Part shown: positions 17,907-27,570 of the stretch, one piece after another
Position numbering within the stretch: the first letter of the stretch is position 1
How the letters are laid out: every line of letters starts with the position of its first letter
NCBI GenBank assembly: GCA_013151775.1
Contig: JAADHO010000118.1
Coordinates: forward strand, 988 to 64,987
DNA: 64,000 nt
Direction of reading: 5' to 3'
Origin: Deltaproteobacteria bacterium
Lineage (GTDB): Bacteria; Myxococcota_A; Polyangia; Polyangiales; Houyiibacteriaceae
Notes under the pieces: generated by a model
The model's database searches: none
What the model was told of the DNA's origin: nothing
Seen by the model: only the letters and a program-made list of their open reading frames with translations
Position numbers and translations under genes: made by a program

Positions 17907-19217
17907 CTACCTAACGTCGTACTCATGACCAATTCGTGTCGTGCTGATGACCACGTCGTTGACATAGATTCCGCCCTCCACACCGGAATCGTTCCAGCGT
18001 TTGTGCCACTGGTTGATGTTGTCGAACATGACCAACATATTGTAGCCAGAGCCGTGGCGTGCCGTGGGAATGGCGGATGGATCGAGCGCCGGATCATAGA
18101 CGTAGGTGCCGGAGCTGCCACCGATGCCGATCGGAACCTGCGCGACGCCATCGAACCACATCTCGAATCGTCCGTCTCCCGCCGTGTTCGAGCTCGCGAG
18201 CTTGAACCTCCACTCGATCGTGTGCCAGGTCTGGCTCACACGATCGACGAGGCGACGGGTTGGTCCGTCGAATTTCCAGGCGCCACCTCCCACCGCCTGA
18301 AAGTGCCCGGGGTGAGTCGAGTAGTCTCCCGTGCCCGTGTAGTAGTCGTTCGAGTAGCGCTCCCCACCGGCGCTGCCGCGACTCAAGTTCGCGCCCACGT
18401 TTGCGCCGAACGTGCCTCCCGCATCCGCACCCCACATCTCGGAGCCGCCAAAATTCCAGACCGCATAGAAGGAGTCTGATCTGTTCTCCGTCCAGCCCGC
18501 GCCCTCGAGTCCGGTGTTCTGCCAGAGCCTCCCCCACTTCCAGTATGGCAGCGGATCCCGACCGGGCACGCCGACGATGAAGTCGTTCGGGAGCCGAACC
18601 TTGTAGCGGATGTAGAGGTCGTCGTAGCCGGTGCTCCGATCTCCCGTGAGGTGTTTGTAGAGCTGGGTGACCGGTTGTCCAAAGTTCGGATCCCACATGA
18701 ACTTCAGCGCCACTGACCCACACTCGCCTTCACCCGCCATGCCCCGGATGTAGCCGTCCGCGGTCACGAGTGCGCCATCGAATCCCTCCGGCACGTTGGT
18801 GTAGGTCGCCAGTCCCTGCCGAGTGATCCGGTAGTCCGCGTCCCCAGCGAAGTTCGTCTGGAAGATCAGCCCCGACGGCGCGGTGCCTCCCGTGCCACAG
18901 CCGCTGCCCGAATCGGGTGTCACGCTCGCGTCCGGCGTCACGCTCGCGTCCGGCGTCACGCTCGCGTCCGGCGTCACGCTCGCGTCCGGCGTCACGCTCG
19001 CGTCTGGCGTCACACTCCCGTCCGGAGTCACGCTCCCGTCCGGAGTCACGCTCCCGTCGGACGTCACGCTCCCGTCGGACGTCACGCTCCCGTCGGACGT
19101 CACACTGCCGTCTCGCGGAGTTCCCGAAGGGCCACCTCCGCACGCCGTCGCCAGCGCTGCGCAAAACGCGAATCCAGCGATCCTGAGAGCCGTTGACCTA
19201 TACCTATGGAGTTTCAT
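17907..19217 (-). CDS. secreted lipoprotein with an 11-unit hexapeptide linker, possibly a glycan-active or lectin-fold enzyme
   Basis: Signal plus lipobox FCAALATAC. 11 x D[GA]SVT[SP] units. The globular C-terminal domain belongs to no family I can name. Confidence 0.6.
   Translation of the reverse strand: MKLHRYRSTALRIAGFAFCAALATACGGGPSGTPRDGSVTSDGSVTSDGSVTSDGSVTPDGSVTPDGSVTPDASVTPDASVTPDASVTPDASVTPDASVTPDSGSGCGTGGTAPSGLIFQTNFAGDADYRITRQGLATYTNVPEGFDGALVTADGYIRGMAGEGECGSVALKFMWDPNFGQPVTQLYKHLTGDRSTGYDDLYIRYKVRLPNDFIVGVPGRDPLPYWKWGRLWQNTGLEGAGWTENRSDSFYAVWNFGGSEMWGADAGGTFGANVGANLSRGSAGGERYSNDYYTGTGDYSTHPGHFQAVGGGAWKFDGPTRRLVDRVSQTWHTIEWRFKLASSNTAGDGRFEMWFDGVAQVPIGIGGSSGTYVYDPALDPSAIPTARHGSGYNMLVMFDNINQWHKRWNDSGVEGGIYVNDVVISTTRIGHEYDVR
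18915..19112 (-). repeat. 11 x 18-bp tandem repeat encoding D[GA]SVT[SP]
   Basis: The GTCACGCTCGCGTCCGGC-type unit was read directly. Three sub-variants are arranged in blocks. Confidence 0.95.
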
Positions 19218-19242
19218 GTCGAGTCCAGTCTAAAGGATCTGT

Positions 19243-20706
19243 CTATTCTTGTACTTCAAATGCGCCACAGTCCGGACCGGGTCCGGATACTCGTGGCTGC
19301 CCTGCAATATCTGTTGGGATCGTGTCTATCACGACGGCATCTCTGCAATTTTGTGCCGCGGCGCCGCTGCGAATATCCGGCTCTCCGGGTGTGCGGAAGT
19401 CGCTGATAGCCAGCGTGCTCAGGTTTCCAGTCTCTGTGTAGCTGTTGCCACCACGGTCCCACACAGGCGCGGTTGTCAGGTTGTTGCGGATGCGGATGCC
19501 ACTGCTCCTGCGCAGCTCGATGTCGCCCGGATAGCTGCCAGCATTGTAGACCGTGTTGTGGTCGATGATGGTCCCTCGAGCCGAATCGAGGTGGATGCCC
19601 ATGTCACCGCCACTTCGGCTGCGATAGATGAAGTTGTTGCGGATAACGCCACCGGGGTGATCCGTGCGGCCATATCCGAGCGCGATCCCCATGAACGATT
19701 CTACGATGATATTCCGCTCGACCACATTTCCAGACGAGCCATTCCACAGCAAGATCGCCGGCCCTCCGCCGGCTTGATACGTTCCACAGTCGATGTCAAC
19801 TTCACAGCCTGAGCCATCGCCCCAGATGTTGTAGATGTAGTTGTCACGGATTACCCAATCGATGGCGTGATGAATGTCGATACCGTTGATATAGTCTCCG
19901 CGCACGGCGCCTTCTGAATAGCCGATGGAGGAGCAGGCGATCAGTCCGTTTCGAAAAGGTCCGGCGCTGCCCTTGATGAGTTGGGTCCCGACGTCGTAGA
20001 TGTGTACGTTGTAGATTGTGGCGTTATCCGCACCTGGCTTGAGCGAGATGGCGTGGTTGCGCATGTTGGTGAGGGAGAGGTCCGCGATGGTCACGCCCGG
20101 CGCGCGCACCATCAGCGTCTCCCCGCCCGTCCCGTAGCCCGCGCCGCGGATGATTACGTCGTCTCGGTTGCCCGTCATGCCGCGAATGGTCACCGAGGCG
20201 GTGATGTTGATGGCGTAGCGATCGATCTGGTAAGTGCCGGGCGCGATCAGGATCTCGTCCCCGTCGGACGCGTCCTGAAGAGCGCTGACGAGGTTGTGTG
20301 CCCGAGGGTCTCCGTCGGCCACGGTCACCGGGACGACGCGTGTCGGCGTGGTGTGCAGTCCCGAGTCGACGAAGGGCGGGCAGAAGCCGGCGGAGGGCGT
20401 CGGTGTGGTGGCGGCGTCGCGTGTGGTGGCGGCATCGCGTGCGGTGGCGGCATCGCGTGCTGTGGCGGCATCGCGTGCTGTGGCGGCATCGCGTGTCGTG
20501 GCAGCGTCGCGTGTCGTGGGACGCGAGGCGTCTCCGTCAGGGCGCGCCGAATCGGCGCCTCCCGCGTCGCCCGGCGGCACGCGCGAGGCGTCCGGAGCCG
20601 GCAGCATGGACGAGCCCGGCGAGTCGGAGCAGCCCGCGAGCGCCACCAAGGCGCTGAACAGGAGGGCCGCCGCGCGGGCAGGATGTGCTTGGTATGGAGT
20701 CGCCAT
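19243..20706 (-). CDS. right-handed parallel beta-helix repeat lipoprotein (pectate-lyase fold-like)
   Basis: Lipobox LVALAGC. 6 x [TA]RDAAT linker. Beta-helix-like repeats (VTIADLSLTNMRNHAISL, ATIYNVHIYDVG, IRDNYIYNI, VERNIIVES, IRNNFIYRS, IDHNTVYNA). Confidence 0.7.
   Translation of the reverse strand: MATPYQAHPARAAALLFSALVALAGCSDSPGSSMLPAPDASRVPPGDAGGADSARPDGDASRPTTRDAATTRDAATARDAATARDAATARDAATTRDAATTPTPSAGFCPPFVDSGLHTTPTRVVPVTVADGDPRAHNLVSALQDASDGDEILIAPGTYQIDRYAINITASVTIRGMTGNRDDVIIRGAGYGTGGETLMVRAPGVTIADLSLTNMRNHAISLKPGADNATIYNVHIYDVGTQLIKGSAGPFRNGLIACSSIGYSEGAVRGDYINGIDIHHAIDWVIRDNYIYNIWGDGSGCEVDIDCGTYQAGGGPAILLWNGSSGNVVERNIIVESFMGIALGYGRTDHPGGVIRNNFIYRSRSGGDMGIHLDSARGTIIDHNTVYNAGSYPGDIELRRSSGIRIRNNLTTAPVWDRGGNSYTETGNLSTLAISDFRTPGEPDIRSGAAAQNCRDAVVIDTIPTDIAGQPRVSGPGPDCGAFEVQE
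20407..20514 (-). repeat. 6 x 18-bp tandem repeat encoding [TA]RDAAT
   Basis: Read directly from the sequence and from the translation of ORF 19243..20706. Confidence 0.9.
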
Positions 20707-20900
20707 GGGAGCACGCTAGCGGCTGCGCTCCGAGAGGCCTCAAATCTGGCCTATATTCGGCTAACGTCCCGCGTTTTGCGACCTCGCGAGGCGGTGTGGA
20801 GCCGGAGATTAGAGAGATATAGCTGAGTTTTGCTGCGGCTGATGCGGCATGTCGTCTAGCCTGAGCGTGTTCGGCCGAAGCTGGCGGACCACCGACCCGG

Positions 20901-22964
20901 ATGATCAACATGCATGCCTCAGACCGACCCTCGCTCCGCTCTAGCCTGCCGCTCTACGCGATCGCCATCGCCTCCGGGGCGATCTTCCTCGCGAGCGCGG
21001 GATGTGGCGGAGGCCCCGACGCGCCCGTCGACTCCGGTTCCGCCACGGACTCCGGCGCGGCAGACGATTCGGGCTCCATTGGAGACTCGAGCACGCTCGG
21101 AGACTCGAGCACGCTCGGAGACTCGGGCTCCCTCGGCGACTCGGGCACGGGTCGAGACGCCGGCCCTGTCGACGGATCCGTGCCCGACTCGGGCATGGAC
21201 GCGGGCGGCGACTCGGGTGTAGCGCCGACGCGGGGCACGGCAGTGCTGAACTTCAGCGACCTGATCAGCGGCCCCGCCCGCGGCCTCGGCGACGCTCTGG
21301 GCAGCGGCGTGATCGTGACGGTGTGGGGTCAGAACCTCGGCAGCAGCCAGGGTGATTCGACGATCGAATTCACCGACGCCTCCGGGACCACCAGCGCCGC
21401 GGCCCACGTCTACTATTGGAAGAACGCCGACGGCGCCCTGCCGGGTGGGCCCGCCAACCTCTACGCTTCCCACCTGATGCAAGAGGTCGCCTTCTCGATC
21501 CCCGATGTGCCGACGGGCGCCGGGACCATTCGGGTCACGGTGGGCGGAGTGCGCTCAAACACGCTGCCGTTCACGGTCCGCGATGGGGCCATCTACCATG
21601 TGCGCGCAGGCGGATCCGCCACCGGCGACGGCTCCTTCGGCTCCGCATGGGCTGAGGTCAACGCCGTGCTGCGCCGGGTCGACGCACCAGGAGCCACCAT
21701 CTATGTCCACGACAGCCTGGTCTCTGATGCTAGCCTTCGTCGAGCGATCTACTGGAACAACACATCCGCATCCAGCGGTATCGCCAATCAGTTTGGACTC
21801 GTGGCATATCCGGGATCCCAACCAAGTGCAGTGGGATATTCCGGGATACTTAGCTATCGCACAACTGGATTGGTAGTCTCGAAGTATAGCGTCTTTGCGT
21901 CGAACTGCGACGAGGATGGCAGCGGGCAGCCGGTCAACTGCGCTTCAGGTCCATCTCGCAACAAGAGCATGGGTATTCAAGCTTCGGCCTACGGACGCGC
22001 CGTCGCCAACACCGTCACGGACAGGCCCGGCGGCTGCGTCAACGGACAGCAGGCGGCCATCGTGGGCAACCATCTGAACGGTGATCGCGTGTCTGCGTAT
22101 CAGATCCTTGGAAACGAGGTCCACGACTACGGATGCGTGGGAACCACCAAGTTCCAGCATACGACCTATCTCTCCGTGCGCAGCGGGAGCGCGAACATCC
22201 AAGTGGATCCGTGGCGATTCGGCTGGAACTACCTCCACGATAACCACACGAAGAATGGCATTCATCAATATGATGAGAATCAGAGCGGCGAACTCTGCGG
22301 CAGTCCGAATGACACTGTGGTGATCAACGACAATGTCATCATCAACCAGAGCGGTGCAGGCATCAGCATTGGCGCCAGCTGCCCTTGGACGAACGATTTC
22401 ATGATCTACAACAACGTCCTGATCAACGTGGGTCTCGCGGCCGACTGGGATGGCGTCGACCCTGCAACCTCGAACGGTCCGAACACGGGAGGGATCTCCA
22501 TACGCGATGGTGGGCTGTCGGGGACCATATCGATCTTCAACAACACCATCTACACGTGGAACGACGATGACCAAGCGGCCGACACCCAAGCGTGCCTCGG
22601 CATGCAAGGCCGCGGAGATGTCGTGACCGTTCTGTGGAACGACAACGTGTGTCACACGGCGAAGGACAAGCCCTTCGTGGCCGCTGGCTGCTGCGGCGCC
22701 GGGGTGGAGCTAGACAACATCTCGGGCGCAAACAGCACCTGGTACTTCGGTGGGGTCAGCGGTACGCGCGCCGTCGCGCCGAGCTGGGACGCCACGGCGA
22801 GCCTCACGGATCCCCGACTGTCGGTCGGCACGCGCGTGCAAGTCGGTGCGGGTTCTCCGCTGATCGGCAGGAGCTCTGGCAGCGGCCTGCTCTACGACAT
22901 CTACGGAGTCGTGAGGCCTGCCAACTCGGAGGTTGGAGCCGTTCAGTTCGTCGCCAGCCCCTGA
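20901..22964 (+). CDS. beta-helix repeat lipoprotein with an xDSGxx linker
   Basis: Lipobox FLASAGC. GDSSTL/GDSGSL linker. NxxI/V-type beta-helix repeats (INDNVIINQSG, IYNNVLINVG, IFNNTIYTW). Confidence 0.7.
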   Translation: MINMHASDRPSLRSSLPLYAIAIASGAIFLASAGCGGGPDAPVDSGSATDSGAADDSGSIGDSSTLGDSSTLGDSGSLGDSGTGRDAGPVDGSVPDSGMDAGGDSGVAPTRGTAVLNFSDLISGPARGLGDALGSGVIVTVWGQNLGSSQGDSTIEFTDASGTTSAAAHVYYWKNADGALPGGPANLYASHLMQEVAFSIPDVPTGAGTIRVTVGGVRSNTLPFTVRDGAIYHVRAGGSATGDGSFGSAWAEVNAVLRRVDAPGATIYVHDSLVSDASLRRAIYWNNTSASSGIANQFGLVAYPGSQPSAVGYSGILSYRTTGLVVSKYSVFASNCDEDGSGQPVNCASGPSRNKSMGIQASAYGRAVANTVTDRPGGCVNGQQAAIVGNHLNGDRVSAYQILGNEVHDYGCVGTTKFQHTTYLSVRSGSANIQVDPWRFGWNYLHDNHTKNGIHQYDENQSGELCGSPNDTVVINDNVIINQSGAGISIGASCPWTNDFMIYNNVLINVGLAADWDGVDPATSNGPNTGGISIRDGGLSGTISIFNNTIYTWNDDDQAADTQACLGMQGRGDVVTVLWNDNVCHTAKDKPFVAAGCCGAGVELDNISGANSTWYFGGVSGTRAVAPSWDATASLTDPRLSVGTRVQVGAGSPLIGRSSGSGLLYDIYGVVRPANSEVGAVQFVASP
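21027..21152 (+). repeat. about 7 degenerate 18-bp units encoding xDSGxx / GDSSTL
   Basis: Read from the translation VDSGSATDSGAADDSGSIGDSSTLGDSSTLGDSGSLGDSGTG. Confidence 0.8.
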
Positions 22965-23000
22965 GCCAATGGGCGCATCACCCGGGGAGCCCGGGCACGC

Positions 23001-24434
23001 TCACAGCTCGTCGGCCAGCAGGCGCGCCGTGAGGCCCGCGAGCACCGCGGCGTGGGCGCCGCCGAAGGTACCGTTGCTCATCAAGACCAAGGTGTCACCG
23101 GAGCGCGCTTCGTGGACCATCCTCGCCACCACGGCGTCGATGCTCTCGGGCGCCTCCGCCCGGCGACCGGCGGCGAGGATGTCGGCGGCGATGCGCGCCA
23201 CGTCGAGGCGCTCGGCCTCGGCGATCTCCTTGCGGCCCACGGGCGCCAAGAGCGCGAGGTCGGCGGCACGCAGGGCGTCGGGGTAGAGCGCCTGATGCAT
23301 GCGCCTCGAGGCGGTGGCGCTGCGCGGCTCGAAGGCGGCGATCAATCGCCCGGCCGGATGGCGCGCCTTCAGACCGGCCAAGGTCTCGCGCACGGCCGTG
23401 GGGTGATGCGCGAAGTCGTCGTACACGCGCACGCCTCCGATCTCACCGAGCAGCTCTTGGCGACGCTTCACGCCGACGAAGCTCGAGACGGCGTGCATCA
23501 ACACCTCGAGGCTCGCGCCAGCGCCCTCCGAAGCCAAGGCCAAGGCGGCCAAGATGTTGCGCAGGTTGTGTCGCCCCGAGAGCGGTGAGTGCACGCGACC
23601 GAGGAAGCTGCCCGCGCCATACAGGTCGAGGGGCACGAGTCCGCCGCTCACAGGCGCGGGCGCGCCGAGCCAGCGAGGCGCTAGCTCCCCCGTGTCGTCG
23701 CCATCGACGGCGTAGTAGGACACGGGACAGCGCGCCTCCTGCGCCAGCTCGCGCACGCGCGGATCGCCCGCGAAGGCCACCAAGAGGCCATCCTCGGGGA
23801 TGCGCTCGATCAGGCCGCGGAAGGCGTCGAGGTAGCTCGCCTCGTCGGGGTAGATGTCGATGTGATCGTGCTCGACGGAGGTCAGGATCACGCGGCTCGG
23901 GTTGTAGCGCCAGAACTTCGGCTTCTTCTCGAAGAAGGCGCTGTCGTACTCGTCGCCCTCGATCACGAAGGGCGCGTCGTCGCCACCTGCGCGGAAGGAG
24001 CGCGGGAAGTTGCCGGGCAAGCCGCCGACGAGCAGACCCGGGTTCAGGCCCGCCTCGCTGAGCAAGTGCGCGAGGATGCTGGTGGTGGTCGTCTTGCCGT
24101 GCGTGCCCGCGACGACGAAGCCGGGACGCTGCTTCAGGAAGAAGCGCTCGAGCGTGCCGGGGAAGGAGTCGTAGGCCATGCCGCCATCGATGGCGGCGCG
24201 CGCCTCCGGGTTGTCGCGCCGGCACACGTTGCCGACCACCACGAGGTCGGGCTTACACGCGACGTTCTCGGCGCTGTAGCCGGGCATGGTCTCCACGCCC
24301 CACTGCTCGAGGGCGGGGCCTATGGGCGGATGAAAGGCCTTGTCGCTGCCCGTGACGCGATGGCCCGCCTCGCGCAGCAGCCCTGCGAGGGCGCCCATGC
24401 CCGTGCCGCAGACGCCGATCAAGTGAACGTGCAT
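23001..24434 (-). CDS. mpl: UDP-N-acetylmuramate:L-alanyl-gamma-D-glutamyl-meso-DAP ligase (Mpl)
   Basis: Start at MHVHLIGVCGTGMGALAGLL (ATG 24434). Mur-ligase P-loop GTHGKTTTTS. Overall Mpl-like layout. Confidence 0.85.
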   Translation of the reverse strand: MHVHLIGVCGTGMGALAGLLREAGHRVTGSDKAFHPPIGPALEQWGVETMPGYSAENVACKPDLVVVGNVCRRDNPEARAAIDGGMAYDSFPGTLERFFLKQRPGFVVAGTHGKTTTTSILAHLLSEAGLNPGLLVGGLPGNFPRSFRAGGDDAPFVIEGDEYDSAFFEKKPKFWRYNPSRVILTSVEHDHIDIYPDEASYLDAFRGLIERIPEDGLLVAFAGDPRVRELAQEARCPVSYYAVDGDDTGELAPRWLGAPAPVSGGLVPLDLYGAGSFLGRVHSPLSGRHNLRNILAALALASEGAGASLEVLMHAVSSFVGVKRRQELLGEIGGVRVYDDFAHHPTAVRETLAGLKARHPAGRLIAAFEPRSATASRRMHQALYPDALRAADLALLAPVGRKEIAEAERLDVARIAADILAAGRRAEAPESIDAVVARMVHEARSGDTLVLMSNGTFGGAHAAVLAGLTARLLADEL

Positions 24435-24450
24435 GAGCCTCCGCGGGGAA

Positions 24451-24987
24451 TCAGCCGATGATCTTCTCGATGGTGTCGCGCGCGCGGCGCTCGACCAGCG
24501 TCTGCAACAGCTCCGCGACCTTGGGATAATCGGCGAGCACACGCTCGATCCGGTGCCGCGCGAAGGCGACGGCGTCCACGTCCGCGAGCGCCGTGACCGT
24601 GGCCGTGCGCGCCTCGCCCGTGAGCAACGAGACCTCACCGACGCAGGCGCTCTTGCCCAACTCGGCGAGCTGCACGAGGCCGTTCGGTGTCTGGGTCTCG
24701 ACCTTCACCTTACCGTCGAGGATCAGGAACATGCTGTCGCCCGGGTCGTCCTGACGCACGATCACGTCCCCGGCGCGGAACGTGGTGACGTAGCCCGACT
24801 CGAGCACGCGGCCGCGGCCTGCTTCGTCCAAGGACTTGAAGAGGTGGCTCGACTCGACGAGGTCGGTCATCTCCTCGACCAGGCGCGCGTACTCGGCCGG
24901 ACTGAGCGGTCGGCCACCGGGCGGGATCTGCGACGGGCGGTTCACGACGCTGATCTTACCGGCGGAAGCACAGGGGGCGCAACGCAT
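24451..24987 (-). CDS. cyclic-nucleotide-binding domain protein
   Basis: cNMP-binding signature FRAGDVIVRQDDPGDSMFLILDGKVKV...GEVSLLTGEARTATVTA. Confidence 0.8.
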   Translation of the reverse strand: MRCAPCASAGKISVVNRPSQIPPGGRPLSPAEYARLVEEMTDLVESSHLFKSLDEAGRGRVLESGYVTTFRAGDVIVRQDDPGDSMFLILDGKVKVETQTPNGLVQLAELGKSACVGEVSLLTGEARTATVTALADVDAVAFARHRIERVLADYPKVAELLQTLVERRARDTIEKIIG

Positions 24988-25348
24988 GGAATCTGCGGGC
25001 GCTCAGAAAGGAGTTTTGCCCCGGAGCCATTGACGGGAGGCATGCGCGACCTCACACTGAACTACGTGAGTGACAAGGCCGAAAGTCAGGACAAGAGCAT
25101 CACGGATCGCGTGAAGGAGGCCCTGCAGGGCCTGCTCGAAGCCCTCGACCAGCTGCTCGCGCCGCCACCGCGCCTAGTGCCCGTGCGCGTGCGCCGCCGC
25201 TGATCGAACCGCCGCTGAGTCGAACCGCTGCGGGGCGTGCGCGAGCTTTCGACCTGTGGATCTTGCGTGAATGGAAGCGGTCGGGGAACGTCACAGGCCA
25301 GACATGAGGCCAGCTCGACATCCCAAGCCGCTCTCACGACGTGAGCCG

Positions 25349-26476
25349 ATGCGACGAGGGAACGCCCACCTGCTGTGTGCGGGCCTGCTCGCGCTGATGG
25401 TGGCGACGAGCTCGCGCTCCTCGGCTCAGGACGCGCCAGAGCCCGCGCTGCGCGAGATTGTGGCCACCGCCCGGACCGACGAGGCCCGCCCGCCGACGAA
25501 CGCGATCAGGGATCTGCTCACGAGCCGGGCCGCTCGAAGCTTCCGGCCAGAGGTGCGTGGCACCCTCGCCTGCGTGGAGGCGCTGCTGCGCGACGCAGAG
25601 CTACAGCGCGGCGCGCAGCGGACCCGCGGATCCAGAACGACCGTCGCGAGGTACCTCACGGTGCGTCTCACCGAGATGATGCAGGCGCTGGACGAACTCT
25701 CACCAGCCTATACCCGCTGCCTAGACCACATCGAGGCGACGGCGGCCAACGTGCGCGTGCACGCCACGACCTACGCGAACCGGCGGCGAGCCCTTGGGCC
25801 CTGGAGAGTCGAGGCAGGGTCGCTGCGAGAAGAGGTCCGGGAACAATGGCATCGCAGCCCCACGGATGAAGAGGCCTGGACGCGGCTATTGAAGCGCTAC
25901 CGGCGGCTCGCGCGTGAGATCCCAAGCGTCGACGTGGACGCCCGGAAGCAGACCACTCGCGGCTACCTGGCCTCGCTCCACTTCCCGCGAACACGCCGGC
26001 ACTGGGGGGCGCGTAGCACCCTACCCGCGCAGCTCGTGGGCATGACGGCCGGCCTCGCTTTCATGGGTGGCGCGATCTGGAGCCTGCCCAGCGCGGGGCC
26101 CGAGGGACGCCCCGTGCCCCATATCGTGATCGGTGGTTTCGGGTTCATGCTCTCCGCCGCCGCGGCCATTCCCGCTGCCTTGTCCTGGGCGAAGCCCTCC
26201 CTCGCGCTGGTGCTCACGGGCAGCGCTCTGACCCTGGCGACCGGCACCCTCGGCGCCTTCGCGCTGGCGCGTGGACAGCATCGGCGACGCTACTTCGGCG
26301 CGGGCCTGCTGCTCGGAAGCGCACTCGACCTGGCATTGGTGATCGGCGGCATCGCCCATCTGGTGAGCGATAAGCGGACCAACGGGATCTGGAGCCGCTA
26401 TCTGCGAGCGAGCGTTCGGGTGACGCCCTGGGCCAGCCCGGACGGAGCCGGGGCCATGCTAGCGGGCCGCTTCTAG
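25349..26476 (+). CDS. hypothetical signal-peptide / multi-TM protein
   Basis: Start at MRRGNAHLLCAGLLALMVATSSRSSAQ. Several hydrophobic segments in the C-terminal third. Confidence 0.5.
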   Translation: MRRGNAHLLCAGLLALMVATSSRSSAQDAPEPALREIVATARTDEARPPTNAIRDLLTSRAARSFRPEVRGTLACVEALLRDAELQRGAQRTRGSRTTVARYLTVRLTEMMQALDELSPAYTRCLDHIEATAANVRVHATTYANRRRALGPWRVEAGSLREEVREQWHRSPTDEEAWTRLLKRYRRLAREIPSVDVDARKQTTRGYLASLHFPRTRRHWGARSTLPAQLVGMTAGLAFMGGAIWSLPSAGPEGRPVPHIVIGGFGFMLSAAAAIPAALSWAKPSLALVLTGSALTLATGTLGAFALARGQHRRRYFGAGLLLGSALDLALVIGGIAHLVSDKRTNGIWSRYLRASVRVTPWASPDGAGAMLAGRF

Positions 26477-26489
26477 TCTGCGCCGGCCC

Positions 26490-26864
26490 TCAGCCTCGAC
26501 GCAGAGCCGTGGTCCAGCGCTGCAGGCTGGACTCGTCCACGGGCAGCTCACCGATCGGGCGGTTTTCGTCGTCCTGCACGTAGAGGTGGCGCTGATCCAT
26601 GCTCAGGTAGATCATGGTGCGCTCGAGGGCGAGGAGGTGAAGGATGGGCACGCCTTGGATGCTGCCCACCACTGTGAACTCGTCCGACAGGGCGCGCTCG
26701 AGCGACTTGACCAAGCGCCCGCACAGGTCTTCCGTCTCGTCCTCACCGAGATCGACGCGCTCGCCGTCGGCTCCGACCCAGACGAGATGACAAGCGCCGC
26801 CGTCTGCGGATTGAATCTGGAGGGATCGCCCCTCGGCTTCCAGGATGATGGGCACGACGGGCAT
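26490..26864 (-). CDS. hypothetical protein
   Basis: 124-aa ORF with coding-like composition. No motif recognised. Confidence 0.45.
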   Translation of the reverse strand: MPVVPIILEAEGRSLQIQSADGGACHLVWVGADGERVDLGEDETEDLCGRLVKSLERALSDEFTVVGSIQGVPILHLLALERTMIYLSMDQRHLYVQDDENRPIGELPVDESSLQRWTTALRRG

Positions 26865-26911
26865 ACTAGCCTGAGGGCGTTGTCCATGCGAAATTCATGT
26901 TGGCCGGCGCG

Positions 26912-27532
26912 TCAGCTCGGCCTGTGGGCCACGCCGCGGATGCTCGGGCGCACGATGGCCAGAGCCTTGCGCATGCTCTCACGCTCGACCGCGTCGAGCT
27001 CGAAGCCGGCGTCGAGGATGGCGCGTTCGGTGTCGCGGATCAGACGACAGCCGCCCGCCGCGTGACGCCAGAAGGGATCCACCAGCCCTTGGATGCGTCG
27101 ACGACTCGTCCCACGGGGTGCGCCCACGTGCTCGAGGAAGACGAAGCGGCCGCCGGGCCTGAGCACGCGGAAGACCTCGGCGAGGCTCTGCTCGAGGCTC
27201 GGCACGCTGCACAACACCAGGGTGCTGACCACCGCGTCGAAGCTCGCGTCCTCGAAGGGCAAGGCGACGGCCGAGGCGCCCGACACCTCCGCCTCACGGC
27301 CCAGCCGCTGCACACGCGCGGTGAGCTTGGCGCGCATGTGGCGATCCGGCTCCGTGAGCACCAAGCGCCCCAGCTGCCGCGGGAGATGCTCGAGGTTGAC
27401 GCCCGTGCCCGCGCCCAGCTCGAGCACGTCGCCCTCCAGCCCGGCCAAGAGCTGCGCACGCCAATCGCGCAGGCACGCCTGCTCCGTGGCGTCCATGAAG
27501 CCGTCGTAGATCGCCGCCATGAAGTAGCCCAT
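26912..27532 (-). CDS. class I SAM-dependent methyltransferase
   Basis: Motif I VLELGAGTGVN and post-II RVLRPGGRFVFLEH. Confidence 0.85.
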   Translation of the reverse strand: MGYFMAAIYDGFMDATEQACLRDWRAQLLAGLEGDVLELGAGTGVNLEHLPRQLGRLVLTEPDRHMRAKLTARVQRLGREAEVSGASAVALPFEDASFDAVVSTLVLCSVPSLEQSLAEVFRVLRPGGRFVFLEHVGAPRGTSRRRIQGLVDPFWRHAAGGCRLIRDTERAILDAGFELDAVERESMRKALAIVRPSIRGVAHRPS

Positions 27533-27570
27533 GGGCTCAGCATAGGGTCGGGCCAGGCGATGTCACGGGC

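Noticed and set aside
25042-25203. 53-codon ORF (MRDLTLNYVSDKAESQDKSITDRVKEALQGLLEALDQLL...) in the gap after the cNMP-binding gene.
   Set aside because: It is short, has no recognisable motif or clear ribosome-binding site, and could not be supported beyond being open.
25888-25895. ATTGAAGC, the 8-nt 3' end of the CRISPR repeat, found outside the array.
   Set aside because: It lies inside a coding region, the upstream sequence shows no repeat-like hairpin, and one or two chance occurrences of an 8-mer are expected in this much sequence.
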